From NCBI GenBank assembly GCA_951406725.2, contig OX597816.1, positions 2,418,001 through 2,482,000 of the forward strand: 64,000 nt of DNA, read 5' to 3'. This document shows positions 25,346 to 38,191 of this stretch, piece after piece. The position numbers were made by a program, and so were the translations under genes. Position 1 is the stretch's first letter; each line of letters opens with the position of its first letter. A model generated the notes under the pieces. That model saw only the letters and a program-made list of their open reading frames with translations, made no database searches and was not told the origin of the DNA. The stretch is from Octopus vulgaris. Lineage: Eukaryota.

Positions 25346-26003
25346 CCTCCATGACCTGACTTTTCATCCGATGTCACTTCGTCCAATGTCACTTCGTCCA
25401 CATCTTTTTATCCAATAATTTTTTTTGTTACATTTTAAATAAACTCTTTAGAAAATAAGGTGGATATCAAAATCAAATAATCATTGAGAATTTTATTGAT
25501 AGAATTCAGGTAAAATATTCTGGTAAAATGTATTTAAAAAAAAGAGTCACTTTAAAAAAGTAATAAGATGTAACTAATGATTTATTATGATCGCTTAAAA
25601 TTGATGCAAATTATATGCCACACTCTTCAAAAAATCCATTTTTCTTATTGATCCGTATTCAATGAGCAATATTTTGAAGTGTTCAGTTATTCTTTGATAT
25701 CATGTACATGAATCTGATGGATCTCCTCAAAGAATTAGTCATTTTATCTTGAACAAACCCTTTCTCTTCCTTCAGAGTTTGGATTAATTTCCAAATATTC
25801 AAATGTGCTCCACCAAGGAAAAAGAACAATAATAACGATCCTATAACGAGGCTCAATAGAGTTCTGTAAATATATCATATTGTTTTCTAAAAAGTTTATT
25901 TAAAATTGGACAAAAAGTTGTTGGAAAAAAAAAATCATTGGACAAAAAGACATCAGACCAGAAGACATGGATGCAAAGACGTTTGACGAATTGACGGTGG
26001 AGG
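25346..26003 (-). mobile_element. Internally deleted MULE (Phantom-like) DNA transposon with long TIRs built of about 15-bp tandem repeats
   Basis: Left end CCTCCA..(TGTCACTTCGTCCAA)n..TTTTAAATAAACTCTTTAGAAAA mirrors right end TTTTCTAAAAAGTTTATTTAAAA..(TTGGACAAAAAG)n..TGGAGG. The interior minus strand encodes HLNIWKLIQTLKEE and ..MDFLKSVAYNL*, resembling the C-terminus of FLYWCH-MULE transposases. Confidence 0.75.
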
Positions 26004-26478
26004 AAAAGACACAGCACTAATCCCTTACTGTATTGTCTAGTATCATCGTTGATCATTTTTCTCATTCCTTGTGGCTAATGAGAAGCACATTATTATGAAA
26101 ATAAAAGAAATCATCATGACTGGTTAGTCATGGGATGAGGGGTAACACTCATGGCTTTTACAGATTGGTGAGAATTGTTACAGCTGGTGTTGAATATGGA
26201 ATTATGTAGTCCAATGTCAAAAGTCCAAACCAATCACTGGCATCATCAGTCTCTCCAGTCTGAAGAGATCTGCAAAGACCATGGGTGTGACCCTGCTGCT
26301 TATGACTAATTAATTTGAAATAAAAATATTTGTAAGAATAATCTTATCAAAATAAGCAAATAATGTTCTCACATATAAAATGAAAATGAGATATTTTAAA
26401 ATATACCCATACCATATGGAAGATCATAAAACTACTCCAGTAAATGTTTTATTGCTTCAAATTGCCACAATATAATTA

Positions 26479-26480
<2 letters not shown>

Positions 26481-26540
<60 letters not shown>
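26481..26540. repeat. (CT)30 microsatellite
   Basis: Direct reading. Confidence 0.98.
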
Positions 26541-26541
<1 letters not shown>

Positions 26542-27606
26542 AATGTAGGTCAAACAAGTCTGTGCAACCACTTTTATGTTGCCATGACTTAAGTAATTTC
26601 TTTCACAAGTCTAAACTCAGATTAGTCCTAACTAGGAGTTAGCTGATGACTTGGGGGCTATTCTTATCACACCCAGTACGTGAGGTATGCTGCTCTCATT
26701 GTTTTAATGTCTACCTTTCCTTGCTTGCATGGGTTAAACGAGGTGACGGTTGGCCCTTCATGGCAGCAGCCCTCACCTGTGTCCAAGCAAAGTAATAATC
26801 CCTTAGTCTATTGTACAAGAAACACGGAGAACTGGAAACTAATGACTCTGTCCAAATGTGCCCGACTGGTCAAGAAGCCCAGGCAGGCTTTCATGGTAGA
26901 TGACCACCAAACAACACAGCCTCTTTGAATAGTGATGCTTTTCTTTACAAACAGAAATACAGAGGAAGATGAGAGGAAACAAACTCATTCATGCATGCAA
27001 AGGCACACATGCAATAAGATTCTTTCAACAGGTACTGCAGCTGTAATGTAGGATGTTGACTGACAACATCCACACAGTGGGATTGAACCCCTAACTCTGT
27101 GGTCCCTTAGCAAAATTCTTAACCACATAGCCATTGCTAGGAGATTATATATCAGGATAATATTTAATGTAATAAAATTATCAACTGAAAAGAAACTTTA
27201 ATAAAATGGCAGTTACGCTAATAAAGCTTTATGAATGGGAAATACTGTATCCAAAATATAAACATTCTGTGGGTTACAACTGGGAGGTTGTTGTTTAGCC
27301 TCAGTTTACCTCTTAGTGGGCAGACCTATGTTCATCTTTTCTTTCTCCTAGTCATTGTATATCTTTTGTCTTTCTCCCTTCGCAAGATGAGTGTGATTTG
27401 AGGGAATTTGGCAGCTAACATGACTTAGAGCAAGAGTCAACAATAGACAAGCAGTGGTCCTCAAATGGTTCTCTGGGGTGTTCTCTGTGGGTTTTGTAGT
27501 TTTCCTACATTTTTTTAAAAAAGCTTCTCCCTTTGTGGACCATTGAGCACTTGATGGCTTTTAGTCAGTCTTTTGTGTCATGATTGTTTATTTTTGCTGA
27601 CATAAA

Positions 27607-28103
27607 CATCATCATCATCGTTTAACGTCCGTTTGGGTTGGACGGTTTTACCGGGGTCTGGGAAACCAGGAGGCTGCACCAGGCTCCAGTCTGATCTGGC
27701 AGTGTTTCTACAGCGGGATGCCCTTCCTAACACCAACCACTCCGTGAGTGTAGTGAGTGCTTTTATGTGCCACTGGCACAGGGGCCAGATGAGGCTGGCA
27801 AACTGCCACAATCGGTTGCTGCTTTTTACGTGTCACCGACATGGAAGCCAGTCAGGTGGTGCTGGAATCTTGCCATATTTGGATGGTGCTTTTTACGTGT
27901 CACTGGCACCGGTATCTGAACTACAATTTCCATTTGATTTTGATTTTGATGTCGACGTACTTGACTCAATAGATCTCCCCAAGAACAGCAGGTCACTCTA
28001 CGATCCAAGGTTAGCACAGCAGGCCGTCCTGTGAGCCATGAACTCACTTCATTTGTCGGGTCTTCACAGTCACAGCATATCTCAGAGGTCTCGGTCTTCG
28101 TCA
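27607..28103 (-). mobile_element. RTE LINE 3' end (last ORF codons plus 3' UTR)
   Basis: (CAT)n start and standard 3'-UTR core; ends CACAGCATATCTCAGAGGTCTCGGTCTT (reverse of ..DRDL*DML/WRYAV). Confidence 0.85.
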
Positions 28104-29037
28104 GTAACTGAAACAGTTTGGGGAGGAGACTGTGGGAGTCTTTTTAAATGTAAGATATGGTATAATACACAGTGTGGATCCTGGGGAAAATGTTACAAAC
28201 TCAAAAGTGGGGCATCACAAAAATAATTTACTGATTCCTGATGTGAAGTCTTCTTTGGTATATTTTTGGTACTGGAAGGAACTGAAGGAAAGTATGGGAA
28301 GTAATTAGGTCAGGCCTAAGAACATCAAGCCTGATAGATAAGATAAAGTAAGATTAAACCTCTGAGAGAAATGTTTTCTTTGAGACTCATCCAGCCAATG
28401 CCAATATGGAGGAGAAAAGAACATGGAATTAATGTTGATGATAATGTATTATTAGATAGGCGGCGTTTCTGGTAAAAGCTGGTTGACTTTTTGGTTTTGT
28501 TAATATTTCTGGTATTGATTTTTGGGGTTATTTCTTTTTTTTTTTTGGTGTTCACTTAGAATGTCAGTTTTAGATCAATTAAATTCTATAAATACTAGAG
28601 GAATTTGTTGGTATCTTAGGATGGCAAGTTAATGTAAAACTTTAGAAATATTTCTTTGATTTTATTTAGAAGTACGAAGAATGATGAGTTCACTTATTCT
28701 CTGTGGAGTAGGAAAGGAGATTAGTTTGGAAATGTTTTAATATAATGTCATATCTTTTTACTTTGTGAAACTCTTTCAATGAAAACATTAAAAGAATAAA
28801 TCTTGAATTTCTGCTATTGATGTGATGCTAAATATAAGGATTTCACATGATAAAGAGATCAAAGTAAATTATTGAATGATAAAATATTCAATTGTATTGA
28901 TTTCCCTCTATTACTCCTCAGTGTTGTAATAATCACAGGTCCACCACATAGCATAGCACTTTTCATATAGAAACTTCCCCATTACATCTGCAGAGGCCAA
29001 CATCTTGTGTTCTCACCTCATCATTTCTTCTTATACC

Positions 29038-29268
29038 TATTTCATTATTACCCACAAGGGGCTAAACACAGAGGGGACAAACAAGGACAGACATAGGTAT
29101 TAAGTCGATTACATCGACCCCAGTGCGTAACTGGTACTTAATTTATCGACCCCGAAAGGATGAAAGGCAAAGTCGACCTCGGCGGAATTTGAACTCACAA
29201 CGTAACGGCAGACGAAATACCGCTAAGCATTTCGCCCGGCGTGCTAACGTTTCTGCCAGCTCGCCGCC
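29038..29268 (-). mobile_element. Young full-length family A SINE with a 15-bp TSD
   Basis: Consensus-like and CpG-rich; ATTTCTTCTTATACC is repeated at 29023-29037 and 29276-29290. Confidence 0.9.
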
Positions 29269-30688
29269 TTGTTATATTTCTTCTTATACCATCTTTAGTC
29301 TGCCCCTTACACAGGTACTTCAACAACACATGACATTTCTTCAACCAGCTCCTGTCACCCATTCACATCATGTGTCCCTACTTGGGCTGTCGTTATCTCT
29401 TGCATTCACCAGTTTATATGTCTTACGTTGTCGTCGTCATCCTCCTCTTCCTTCTTCTTCTTCTTTCTCTCTCTCTCACCACATAATACATACAATGAAC
29501 CATGCAAACTCTTCTTTTTTCCATCCAGCCTCTCTGCTGATTGTTCATATTCAATGCCCCTGTGCCACTACTTCTCGGCATCACGCTGAAACATTTTTCA
29601 TGTTGTATTACTGGTACCTATTTTATTACTGGTACCTGAGGACAGAAAGTTGATCCCAGTTGGACTTGAAACTGGAACTGAGATGCAAAACACTTAATCC
29701 TGCAATTCATTCAGTTGACACTTTACTAATCAACGTTGAATACAATGTCAATGAACAGGGGATCACTTCATGCTAATTGCTCTGATAACTGCTAAGTTAC
29801 AAGGATGTAAACAAACCAACTCTGGTTGTGAAGCAGTTGTGGATGCACACACACACGCGCACACACTCACTGAGCTTCTAACAGTTTCCATCTGCCAAAT
29901 CCACTCATAAGGCAATGGCTGACCTGGAGTAATGTTAGAAGATACTTGCTCAAGGTGCAAGTATCCCAAGACATGAACCCTGCAAAACCACTTGGATGGT
30001 TGGTAATTACTTGTTATTCTCAATAACGATGTTAATCAAGTAGACTTGTTGACAAAGGAAATTCCTCTTTTCACCATAAAAAACTTTGATCTTGTTTACA
30101 GTTTATGGCTTTAGAAAGACATTGGTTTGTTTTTTTATATATTGTTATTGTACTTAACCTTTGGCTTGTTTTTTTGTCTTCTTTTGTTTCTTTCTTGTAT
30201 ATTCTTAGTGTTTATTTCATCAAATACATGTTTTCTCACTCCCGGTAGAGTCTAATTTCGGAATAAAAACAATGATGTCATTATATTATTATTATTATTT
30301 TAGGCGGCAAGATGGTAGAATTGTTCACACACCGGACAAAATACTTAACGGATTTTTTCCGGCTCAAAGCTCTGAGGTCAGATGTGCCTTTCACTCTTCC
30401 GAGGTTGATAAGTAAGTTCCAGTTAAGTGCTGGGGTTAATAAAATAAGTGCAAGTAAAGCACTGGGGGCCAACATAATCAACTTGCCCCTTTTGCGCAAA
30501 TTGCTGGCCTTGTGCCAAAATCTAAAAGGATTATCATTATTACTATTATTATTATTATCATTATTATTATTATTATTATTATTATTAACATTAGCAAATT
30601 ATTCTACTTTATGGACTTCCTCTCTTTAAATTTAAAACACTCCCTTTCAACAACTAAAAGTATGTCAGCTATCAAATGCTCTGCTGGT

Positions 30689-30722
<34 letters not shown>

Positions 30723-31563
30723 AATGCTTCCTGTACTGAAAGTCTTAAACAGTTGCTAGTTAGAACACTTTCAGCAGCTTTGAACTTGGGAAAGTTAAAT
30801 TATGAACTCTCTGAGAGAAAAAGAAAGTCAAAACATGAAATTAGGATAACGGTTTCATTAAAATTCAATTAAAACAAGATAGATACTGCCAATTTTTAGT
30901 CTGCTGCTCTGTATGCAGCAGCCAGGTGTGTCTCGTTAAATAAATTGGGTTGAAAAAGAGGTGAGTGGGTTAGAATGTCTGTAATGCAGGAATGTTGATT
31001 AAAGGTCCTTCAGCTGCTCCAAGACCCTTAAAGTTCTTCACCTGAATCTCTATAGTTCCCTTGTTGTTTTCACTTGTAATAGTTGTTGTGGAATTTTGAA
31101 CTCAGTCTCTGATGGGTTGGAACTGCCAAGCTTTCCACGCAGTTGTTTCTTGAATCTTTCCAACAGAACTTCTTCTGAGGCTTTGCACCTCAAGTTCTCA
31201 CTGTTTTGGAACTCAACACTTCCTTTCAAGGAATCTCATTTTACAACCGACCACACACCCACCCACACACCCACCCCAGCTTCCAGTCTTTCACCCCCAA
31301 AATTTACAGCGGATTTATATTAAGCAGAAGATAATTTTATGTTGGGAGACTATTATCCCTATAAGCACAGGTGTGGGATGTGTGGGTCAGAAGCTTTCTT
31401 CCCAACCACATGGTTTCAGGTTCAATCTTGCTGCATGGCACCAGGTTGATGAAAGCTTTCTGAATGGATTTCACATTCATGAGAGAAACTCATCATGTGT
31501 GTGTGTGCCTGCACACACACACATGTATGTATGTATATATATATATGTATACATGTATATATA

Positions 31564-31600
<37 letters not shown>

Positions 31601-31601
31601 T

Positions 31602-32108
31602 CGTAATTAATCCCCCCCAAAAAAAACGAAGAAAGAAAACACAAGAAGAAGGAAAAAACAACAATGTGAGGGTGTGGTACGTGTAAAGTATTAACAGATG
31701 CTCAGGGAAGAAAAAATGGTGGTTTTACATTTCGAGCAAAGCTCTTCTTCAGAAACTGGAGACAGAGTAAAGTCCAAGAGAAGAGGAAGACAAAATCTGG
31801 GAATTGAGGTGTAGGAAGGAGGTTAGCTTCAAGCAATCTGTAGTAAATATAAAAAACCAACTTTTAGGGAAATGGTGGTTTAATGAGACGGAAGGTTGTG
31901 GATTTTTTTTGTATTGAAGTACGATATTTCACAGTAGGCAACCAGGGTTGCTGGGTGTGCGAATAAGAATACAAGAGTTAAGGAATGGAGTAGATAAGAT
32001 CTGGACTGCATATGTTTCATTGTGAGTAGAACCTCAGAAGTGGTAAATATCCAAGCAAGGTGTATACCACAGGCTACTCTTCGGGTCAAATGGTATCTTG
32101 AGTGAATG
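31602..32108 (-). mobile_element. Probable Penelope-like element (PLE) remnant with a pLTR hammerhead, inserted in (AT)n
   Basis: Contains the hammerhead at 31722-31756 and is flanked by (AT)n on both sides; the upstream part is too decayed to translate convincingly. Confidence 0.5.
31722..31756 (-). ncRNA. Minimal type I hammerhead ribozyme, second family
   Basis: Minus strand reads GUUU-CUGAAGA-A-GAGC(UUU)GCUC-GAAA-UG-UA-AAAC: stem I GUUU/AAAC, stem II GAGC/GCUC. Stem III CG appears to have decayed to UG. Confidence 0.72.
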
Positions 32109-32129
32109 ATATATGTATATATATATATC

Positions 32130-32436
32130 ACATGATCACATGACTGGCCAGGCTATCAGATGTTGTTACACATCGCTGGTCACAATACACTTTGCATTGT
32201 TTTAGCCTTAAAATGACGCCACCCCACCGGCTAAGCGAGCAGGCCAACAGAAGAAGGAGTGAGAGAAAGTTGTGGCGAAAGAGTACAGCAGGGATCGCCA
32301 CCACCCCCTGCTGGAGCCTCATGGAGCTTTAGGTGTTTTCACTCAATAAACACTCACACCGCTTGGTCTGGAAATCAAAACCGCGATCCTACGACCGTGA
32401 GTACGCTGCCCTAACCATTGGGCCATTGCACCTCCA
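32130..32436 (-). mobile_element. tRNA-derived SINE (family C-related head)
   Basis: Minus strand GGAGGTGCAATGGCCCAATGGTTAGGGCAGCGTACTCACGGTCGTAGGATCGCGGTTTTGATTTCC gives A/B boxes and a tRNA-Arg-like anticodon arm. Confidence 0.8.
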
Positions 32437-33579
32437 CACACACACACACACATATATATATAATGCGTGTGTATTTGTGTCTCCTTGTTTTGCCATTGCA
32501 TAGTAATAACAGTGTGTCACTCTCATACAAGCAAATGTCATTCATTTCCAGTTTCCTGTGAATAATGTCTGATCATGAGGAAATATTACCTTACTTGGAA
32601 ACAAGTGAGAGTTGGCAGCAGGAAGAACACTTGGCTCTTGAATATTTACCTCAATCAGCTCCTTGCAACCGATGCAAAAGTGACAGTAAAAGGATGATGA
32701 TGATGATTATGATGATGATGACTGTGATGATTTTACTGTGCACAGCATCAGAGCTTGGTTGTCTACAGTCATTTTGCTGAGATGGTGTAGCTGTTTGTTA
32801 CCGGAGGAAATATGACATTAATTTCAATCTGAAGTCACAATCTTTACCACATGACATCACTTATAATTTAAGTGCTAACATCACTTTTAATTAAAAAAAA
32901 AAAAAAAGACAAATGCTTAGACAAGAAATTCTGTCTCTTCTCCTGACAGAGATGTCCCTGGATGCTACAATTAACTAAAATATTTTTCTAGATGGAACAT
33001 TTTTAATGAGTATTTTCTTTAAACCTTCTGTTAAGCATCATCCATAACTTAATTAGTTTAATATGATGTTGTAGACAATTACTGTTGGAGGAAACATAAA
33101 CACATTGTACACATCGACACAAACACCAGTTTTCAGCAGGGATGGGGTGGGGGGGGTCCCTATTTTGCAGTATAACCATTCTTCCTTGTTGGAATGTATG
33201 TGTGGGTAGATGTGTATGTACCCATGTCTTGACATCACAAGATGGTCATAAGCAAGTGCCACCTCTGGTTGAAACTTTTCCCCCCTTTTCTTGGTGTCTT
33301 GTCCAGGATTAACTCCATCTTCTGACTGACCACTGCTGACTGAAGTTTCTTCAAGTGATGACTGCACTTCTCCATCTACCTCTGATGATAAGAGAACTCA
33401 CATTTTACTTTACACTCGTTATATATATCTTAGTTTGGAATGAGATTCACAAAGCTTATTCATTAAACAGTTTATATTTTAATAGATTATCACAAAAGGG
33501 AAGAACATAATGAAGGAAAGAGAAAGCATTAGAGATTGTCCCCTTTCCAGTTCTTCGCACACTCATGCACTGTCGTTTT

Positions 33580-33823
33580 TGCACGTAAAAAACACCATCC
33601 GAGTGTGGCCGTTCGCCAGCCTTGTCTGGCACCTGTGTCGGTGGCACATAAAAAGCACCCACTACACTCACGGAGTGGTTGGCGTTAGGAAGGGCATCAA
33701 GCTGTAGAAACATTGCCAGATCTGACTGGCCTGGTGCAGCCTTCGGGCTTCCCAGACCCCGGTCGAACCGTCCAACCCATGCTAGCATGGAAAGCGGACG
33801 CTAAACGATGATGATGATGATGA
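33580..33823 (+). mobile_element. RTE 3'-UTR-derived repeat
   Basis: Standard core and (GAT)n tail. Confidence 0.85.
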
Positions 33824-34124
33824 TTATATAATATATTATTATAGTCTAAAATAAGGAGACAATTCAGGGTTCAGTTCCATCAAGATGCAGTTGATAAACT
33901 TAAATGTAAAGTTTCTAGTTTCTTTTCAGATCGTTTCTGTCAATCTTTGATTCCAGTTTTAAGCAGTCATTAGAAATGTTTGACTTCCTCAACCAAATTC
34001 TTGTTCCATGATCCTCTGCACTCTTAAAATTTAATATTTCGTTCATAAATAAATAAATAAATAATTCCATTACCTACTCTTTTTTTTTTCTTCTCTTTTT
34101 GTCATATTTAACATTATAATCATT

Positions 34125-35100
34125 TTCATCATCATCATTTAATGCCCGTGTTCCATGCTGACCAGAGTCGGACAGTTAGACAGGATCTGATGTGTCCAAA
34201 GACTGTATTGTTCTCCGATCTCTGTTTTGGAATGGTTTTTACAACTGGATATCCCTTCCTAACACTAACCACTCTACAGCAAGGACTAGGGGCTTTTTTT
34301 CATGCCATCTGCTGCACAACTGAGGATGCAGTGCAACTCACTGGGTGGCAGGGGTCAACTTCATGCTAGTGGATGAGGAATGAAACTATGGGGTTTGGGG
34401 TGGGGTGGGGGGCAATGCAGGTTCTTGTAGAGGATTTGCATGACTACTAATACTAGTAAAGGAAGTGGGGGAAGTAAGAGAAAAGGAACAGCAAGAGATA
34501 GTTTTGTCAGGGATCACCAAATTACTGAGTGTAATACCCTGTCAAATGCTTTCTCCAAATCAAAGAAATCCAGGGATGGCAATTTATTCTTAACCAGGTA
34601 GTTCACTTGCAGTTGCTTCACTAGGAAGATTGCATCTGTGGTGCCCCTTTCAGGGTCAGAAGGCATCACCTTTACCTTTGTAGCAGTTTTTTACAATGAT
34701 ATTGTAAGACCAGTCGTTAGGAATGAAACCTTCCTGAATGGCTTGATTACCTGTTGAGGTATCCCACCTCCCCACATATTTTAAGCATCTCTTCACCTAT
34801 CCATGATGAATCCAAGTCTTTTCCCCTGCTTCATATCCTTAATCACTTTATTTATAACACTGCTGTCAACTTGAATCACTTGTCCCTTTATTAGATCTAC
34901 ACAGGATAATCCATGTTTATCCCGTGTATTCTCCACATCAGCAGCCTTTCATAATAGCACCTCCACACTTGTTTCTTTTCGTTTTATATTGATGGTGAGT
35001 TTGCCATCATTGTTCCAAACACACTTCTCACTTATGACATCTCAGTTCTCTCTCACACATTGTCTTGCAATCCAGAACACTTCTTGCCTTTGATGCTCAA
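34125..35100 (-). mobile_element. Decayed RTE LINE: 3'-UTR piece plus ORF fragment
   Basis: 34125-34300 matches the 3'-UTR core. 34520-35100 is colinear with 215-900 (AAATGCTTTCTCCAAATCAAAGAA = F.DLEKAFD; CACTTCTCAC..TTCTCTCTCACACATTGTCTTGCAAT). Confidence 0.7.
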
Positions 35101-37631
35101 CAGGTAATCAAGCCATCCTACCATTATATGATTGTCACCCCTCTGACACCATCCTACCATTATAATGAACTTCCACCTCCACCTACTACAGAACCATCCT
35201 CAATGTGATCAGACAACCTGCTCATAACAACAGACTTAATTACCCTGAAATTCCATTTTAAATAATGAACAGTATACTCTGACTAATGAAATCTTGGAGA
35301 CACTGTCTCTGTATGGTCATGGCTGGCTTTCACTGATTATGAGTTGTGCTCAATGAGGTTAACACGGTTCCAAATATGACCCTGCAATTAAAGCGATTGT
35401 TTCACGTCCTGGTTTCTAGTTTCAGCTTCTGGTTTGATCCCACTGCTTAACGATGTGAGCAAATGTCTTCTGCTGTGACCTCAGACCAACCAAGATGTTT
35501 GAGGGAAGATAAAGACAAGGCTGTCTGCTTAAGGGATTTCCTTTGCAAACTGAGTGGATTTGGGGTTTGATCCCCTTGCACGTCATCTTGGGCAAATGTC
35601 TTCTACATTGTAACCAACTTAACCAGGGCTTTGGGAGTGAAATTTGGTAGCCAGAGTCTTTGTAAAAGTCTGTTAGGATGCTTTTAGCAGGGTTCACATT
35701 GTTAGAAACATGTGAGGCCCTGTTTTTGGATAATTTCCTCTCACCAGTCTCAGAGGCCTGAATAAGATCCTGCCTCATTCTTCTTTATCTGGTGATGTCA
35801 TTCTCTCATATTTGAGCTCATTAACGTAATGGTTTCTAAATTGATTAAGGTTTTCATTAAAAGATAAATGAAAATTTAATTTTCTTTCCGTATGAAGTCT
35901 TATCTCTTAATAATAATCAGTTTAATCCGATCACCCTCCCTCCCCTTATCCTACCTAATATCAATCAATTATCTTGACTGTATCATTAATTTAAGACTAA
36001 TCTAGTTCTTCACTAATATCAATATTTTAAGAAAATAGAAACATTATCTTATCTTGATTAGTTTGGTCTTTCATCTGTTTGAGATTATCAAAGTAATCCT
36101 CCTCATCTCCTCCTCCTCCTCTGATTGACAGAGTAAATTAGGGAATAGCAAGTTTCCCAACGGATGTCTACTATGTAAAGAACTGAAATCAAGTGTGACT
36201 AACATATTTAATTTAATAAGCCCCGCTCCCGCTCTCGCCCAACCTCCAGTTCCCAAAATTTCTTGGAAAATGTTACACATGTAATGTAGAGAAAAGTCAT
36301 TAGTTTTGATGATAATTTTCATCCAGAAAAGCAAGATAGACAACTCTGAAATGAAAACCAATTAAAAAATAAATTGAATAGGGGCCGGGCTGTGGGAAGT
36401 GAGTCTGATCTTTGGTAAGAATGGTAACTTCTCCCCTCACATTTCGGTCTTATTAGACTCTTCCACCACCACCCCACCCCACCCCCACACACACATGCTA
36501 TTATTTAATTTTTAATCAATTTCAATTTCGTTTCCTCCTTTGTCTTTACTGATAAGAATGATATTTTGCCCCTTGTCATTTTACTGTCCCCTTTTCTATG
36601 CTTGCATGATCAGATGAAACTTTGTTGAGGCAGATTTCCAACAGCCTCATGCTCTCCTCATCATCCGTCCCCATCTGTTTTTGATAGATATCTCTTACTG
36701 AGTCCCTCTCACAGATATCCTAGACATGCTTTGACAGAGAAATGTAAATAACTGGCATCATTTGTATAGGAACAGAGGTTTCTGTTTACAATCAAGATGC
36801 AAATTACATTATAGACATCATTTAAATTGATTAGAAATTGTTTGGCTTATTACATTCAGTATGTTTGCTCCTACTTAACTAAATATTCTTCAAGTCAAAG
36901 GAGACTCCTCTGAAAATTTGCCCTCTCATTGTTTTAAATTGCCTCATTGGGATTTTTTTCCCTTTTGCTTAAAATCTCTAAATCTGTTAGATTTACATCA
37001 GACCATGCTCTGTTGAGGTTTGATAACATTGAAACATATGTTATTAGTCACTCCTCCCAGCATGCTCTCATTTGGGTTGGATTTTGGAATGATCTCCTTT
37101 TTCATTACTACTTATTCAAATTATTTTCTTTTTATTGTGTAATTTTAGTTGATTGGAAATATTTTGGGATTTCAGTCATATTTGTTCACTCCACTCCACA
37201 CCTCGCTTAAATAGAAATAGCAACCTCATGTTTTTAACAGAATAATTTAGCTTACTAAATGTGCAAATGGGTTTCTTCAAAAAGAAATTGCTATCTTTCT
37301 CCTTTATTCATGGGTTAGCAGCAGGATGGGTGGGCATCATCGGATCATAAAAACTAATTCTTCAAAAAAAATCAAGGAATGGTATAAACAATTCTAGGAT
37401 TAACCGATGTTTAGGCAACAGTAAATATATTAAATAAGGATAAGTCAGAAGGAAAAAATTGATTTCTAACAAATTACTTACAGAGCAACAAAAAGACTAA
37501 TCCAAAGACTATTCTTCATTCAGGTGGAGCAACAGGATTCTTTAAACTGGCGCCAATCTAAAGAGATTTCTTGATTTACAAAGCACCAATATTTTAATGT
37601 TATCAACTAATTCCATTTTTCAATTTTCCAG

Positions 37632-37918
37632 ATATTCCGGATCAAGGTTTTGAGGAATCTGACACCAGCAGTGCGCTCTCTGGCTCTCCAAGACTGCAAC
37701 CCCACTCAGTACAAACAAATTCTTCCATAGATACACAACATGCTTCCTTGAAACGGAAAAAAGGGGAAAAGGCTGAACCTGTGGCGTCACCTGTACTAGA
37801 AAAGAGCCAATCTCTACAGACAGAGCTGGCTCAGCAGCGTCCTCTCTCTATGGTAGTTGCATCCCAATCTGAGGCAAATGTTTCGCTAAGTCCCAGCACT
37901 GGATCTCTTCACAGACAG
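37632..37918 (+). CDS. ARHGAP39: Internal coding exon (287 nt, phase 1 to phase 0) of the probable ARHGAP39/vilse (WW-MyTH4-RhoGAP) gene
   Basis: Acceptor TTTTTCAATTTTCCAG; the phase joins the exon ending at 11952 (A+AT=Asn). Translation IPDQGFEESDTSSALSGSPRLQ...VLEKSQSLQTELAQQRPLSMVVASQSEAN..GSLHRQ; donor CAG|GTGAGA. The motif resembles human ARHGAP39 LLEKSVSVQTNLA..PSQSEDL as recalled from memory (symbol confidence about 0.65). Confidence 0.88.
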
Positions 37919-38115
37919 GTGAGATGTTCTTGTCACATTTTGGTTGGTGCTTTACTTGTTCACACTCAGCTGAAGAAAGATTGCTGGCAAGGTGTTACAC
38001 AGTATAGCACCCACTTTGAGATTTGAAGTATCATACCTGTTCACCAGCCATCCCTTTTGTTGCATTAACGAGGGTTGGTTCGTTTTATAAATGAAAATGT
38101 TTCAGGAAATAATAT

Positions 38116-38125
38116 TGTGTGTGTG

Positions 38126-38187
<62 letters not shown>
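38116..38187. repeat. (TG)n microsatellite
   Basis: Direct reading. Confidence 0.95.

Positions 38188-38191
<4 letters not shown>

Noticed and set aside
29123-29653. 176-aa ORF
   Set aside because: Starts in an antisense SINE and runs through low-complexity sequence; no domain features.
30880-31250. Possible decayed retroelement coding fragment (similar patches at 3030-3400, 4380-4790, 53900-54270, 56200-56560)
   Set aside because: No diagnostic motif could be read with confidence; left unassigned.
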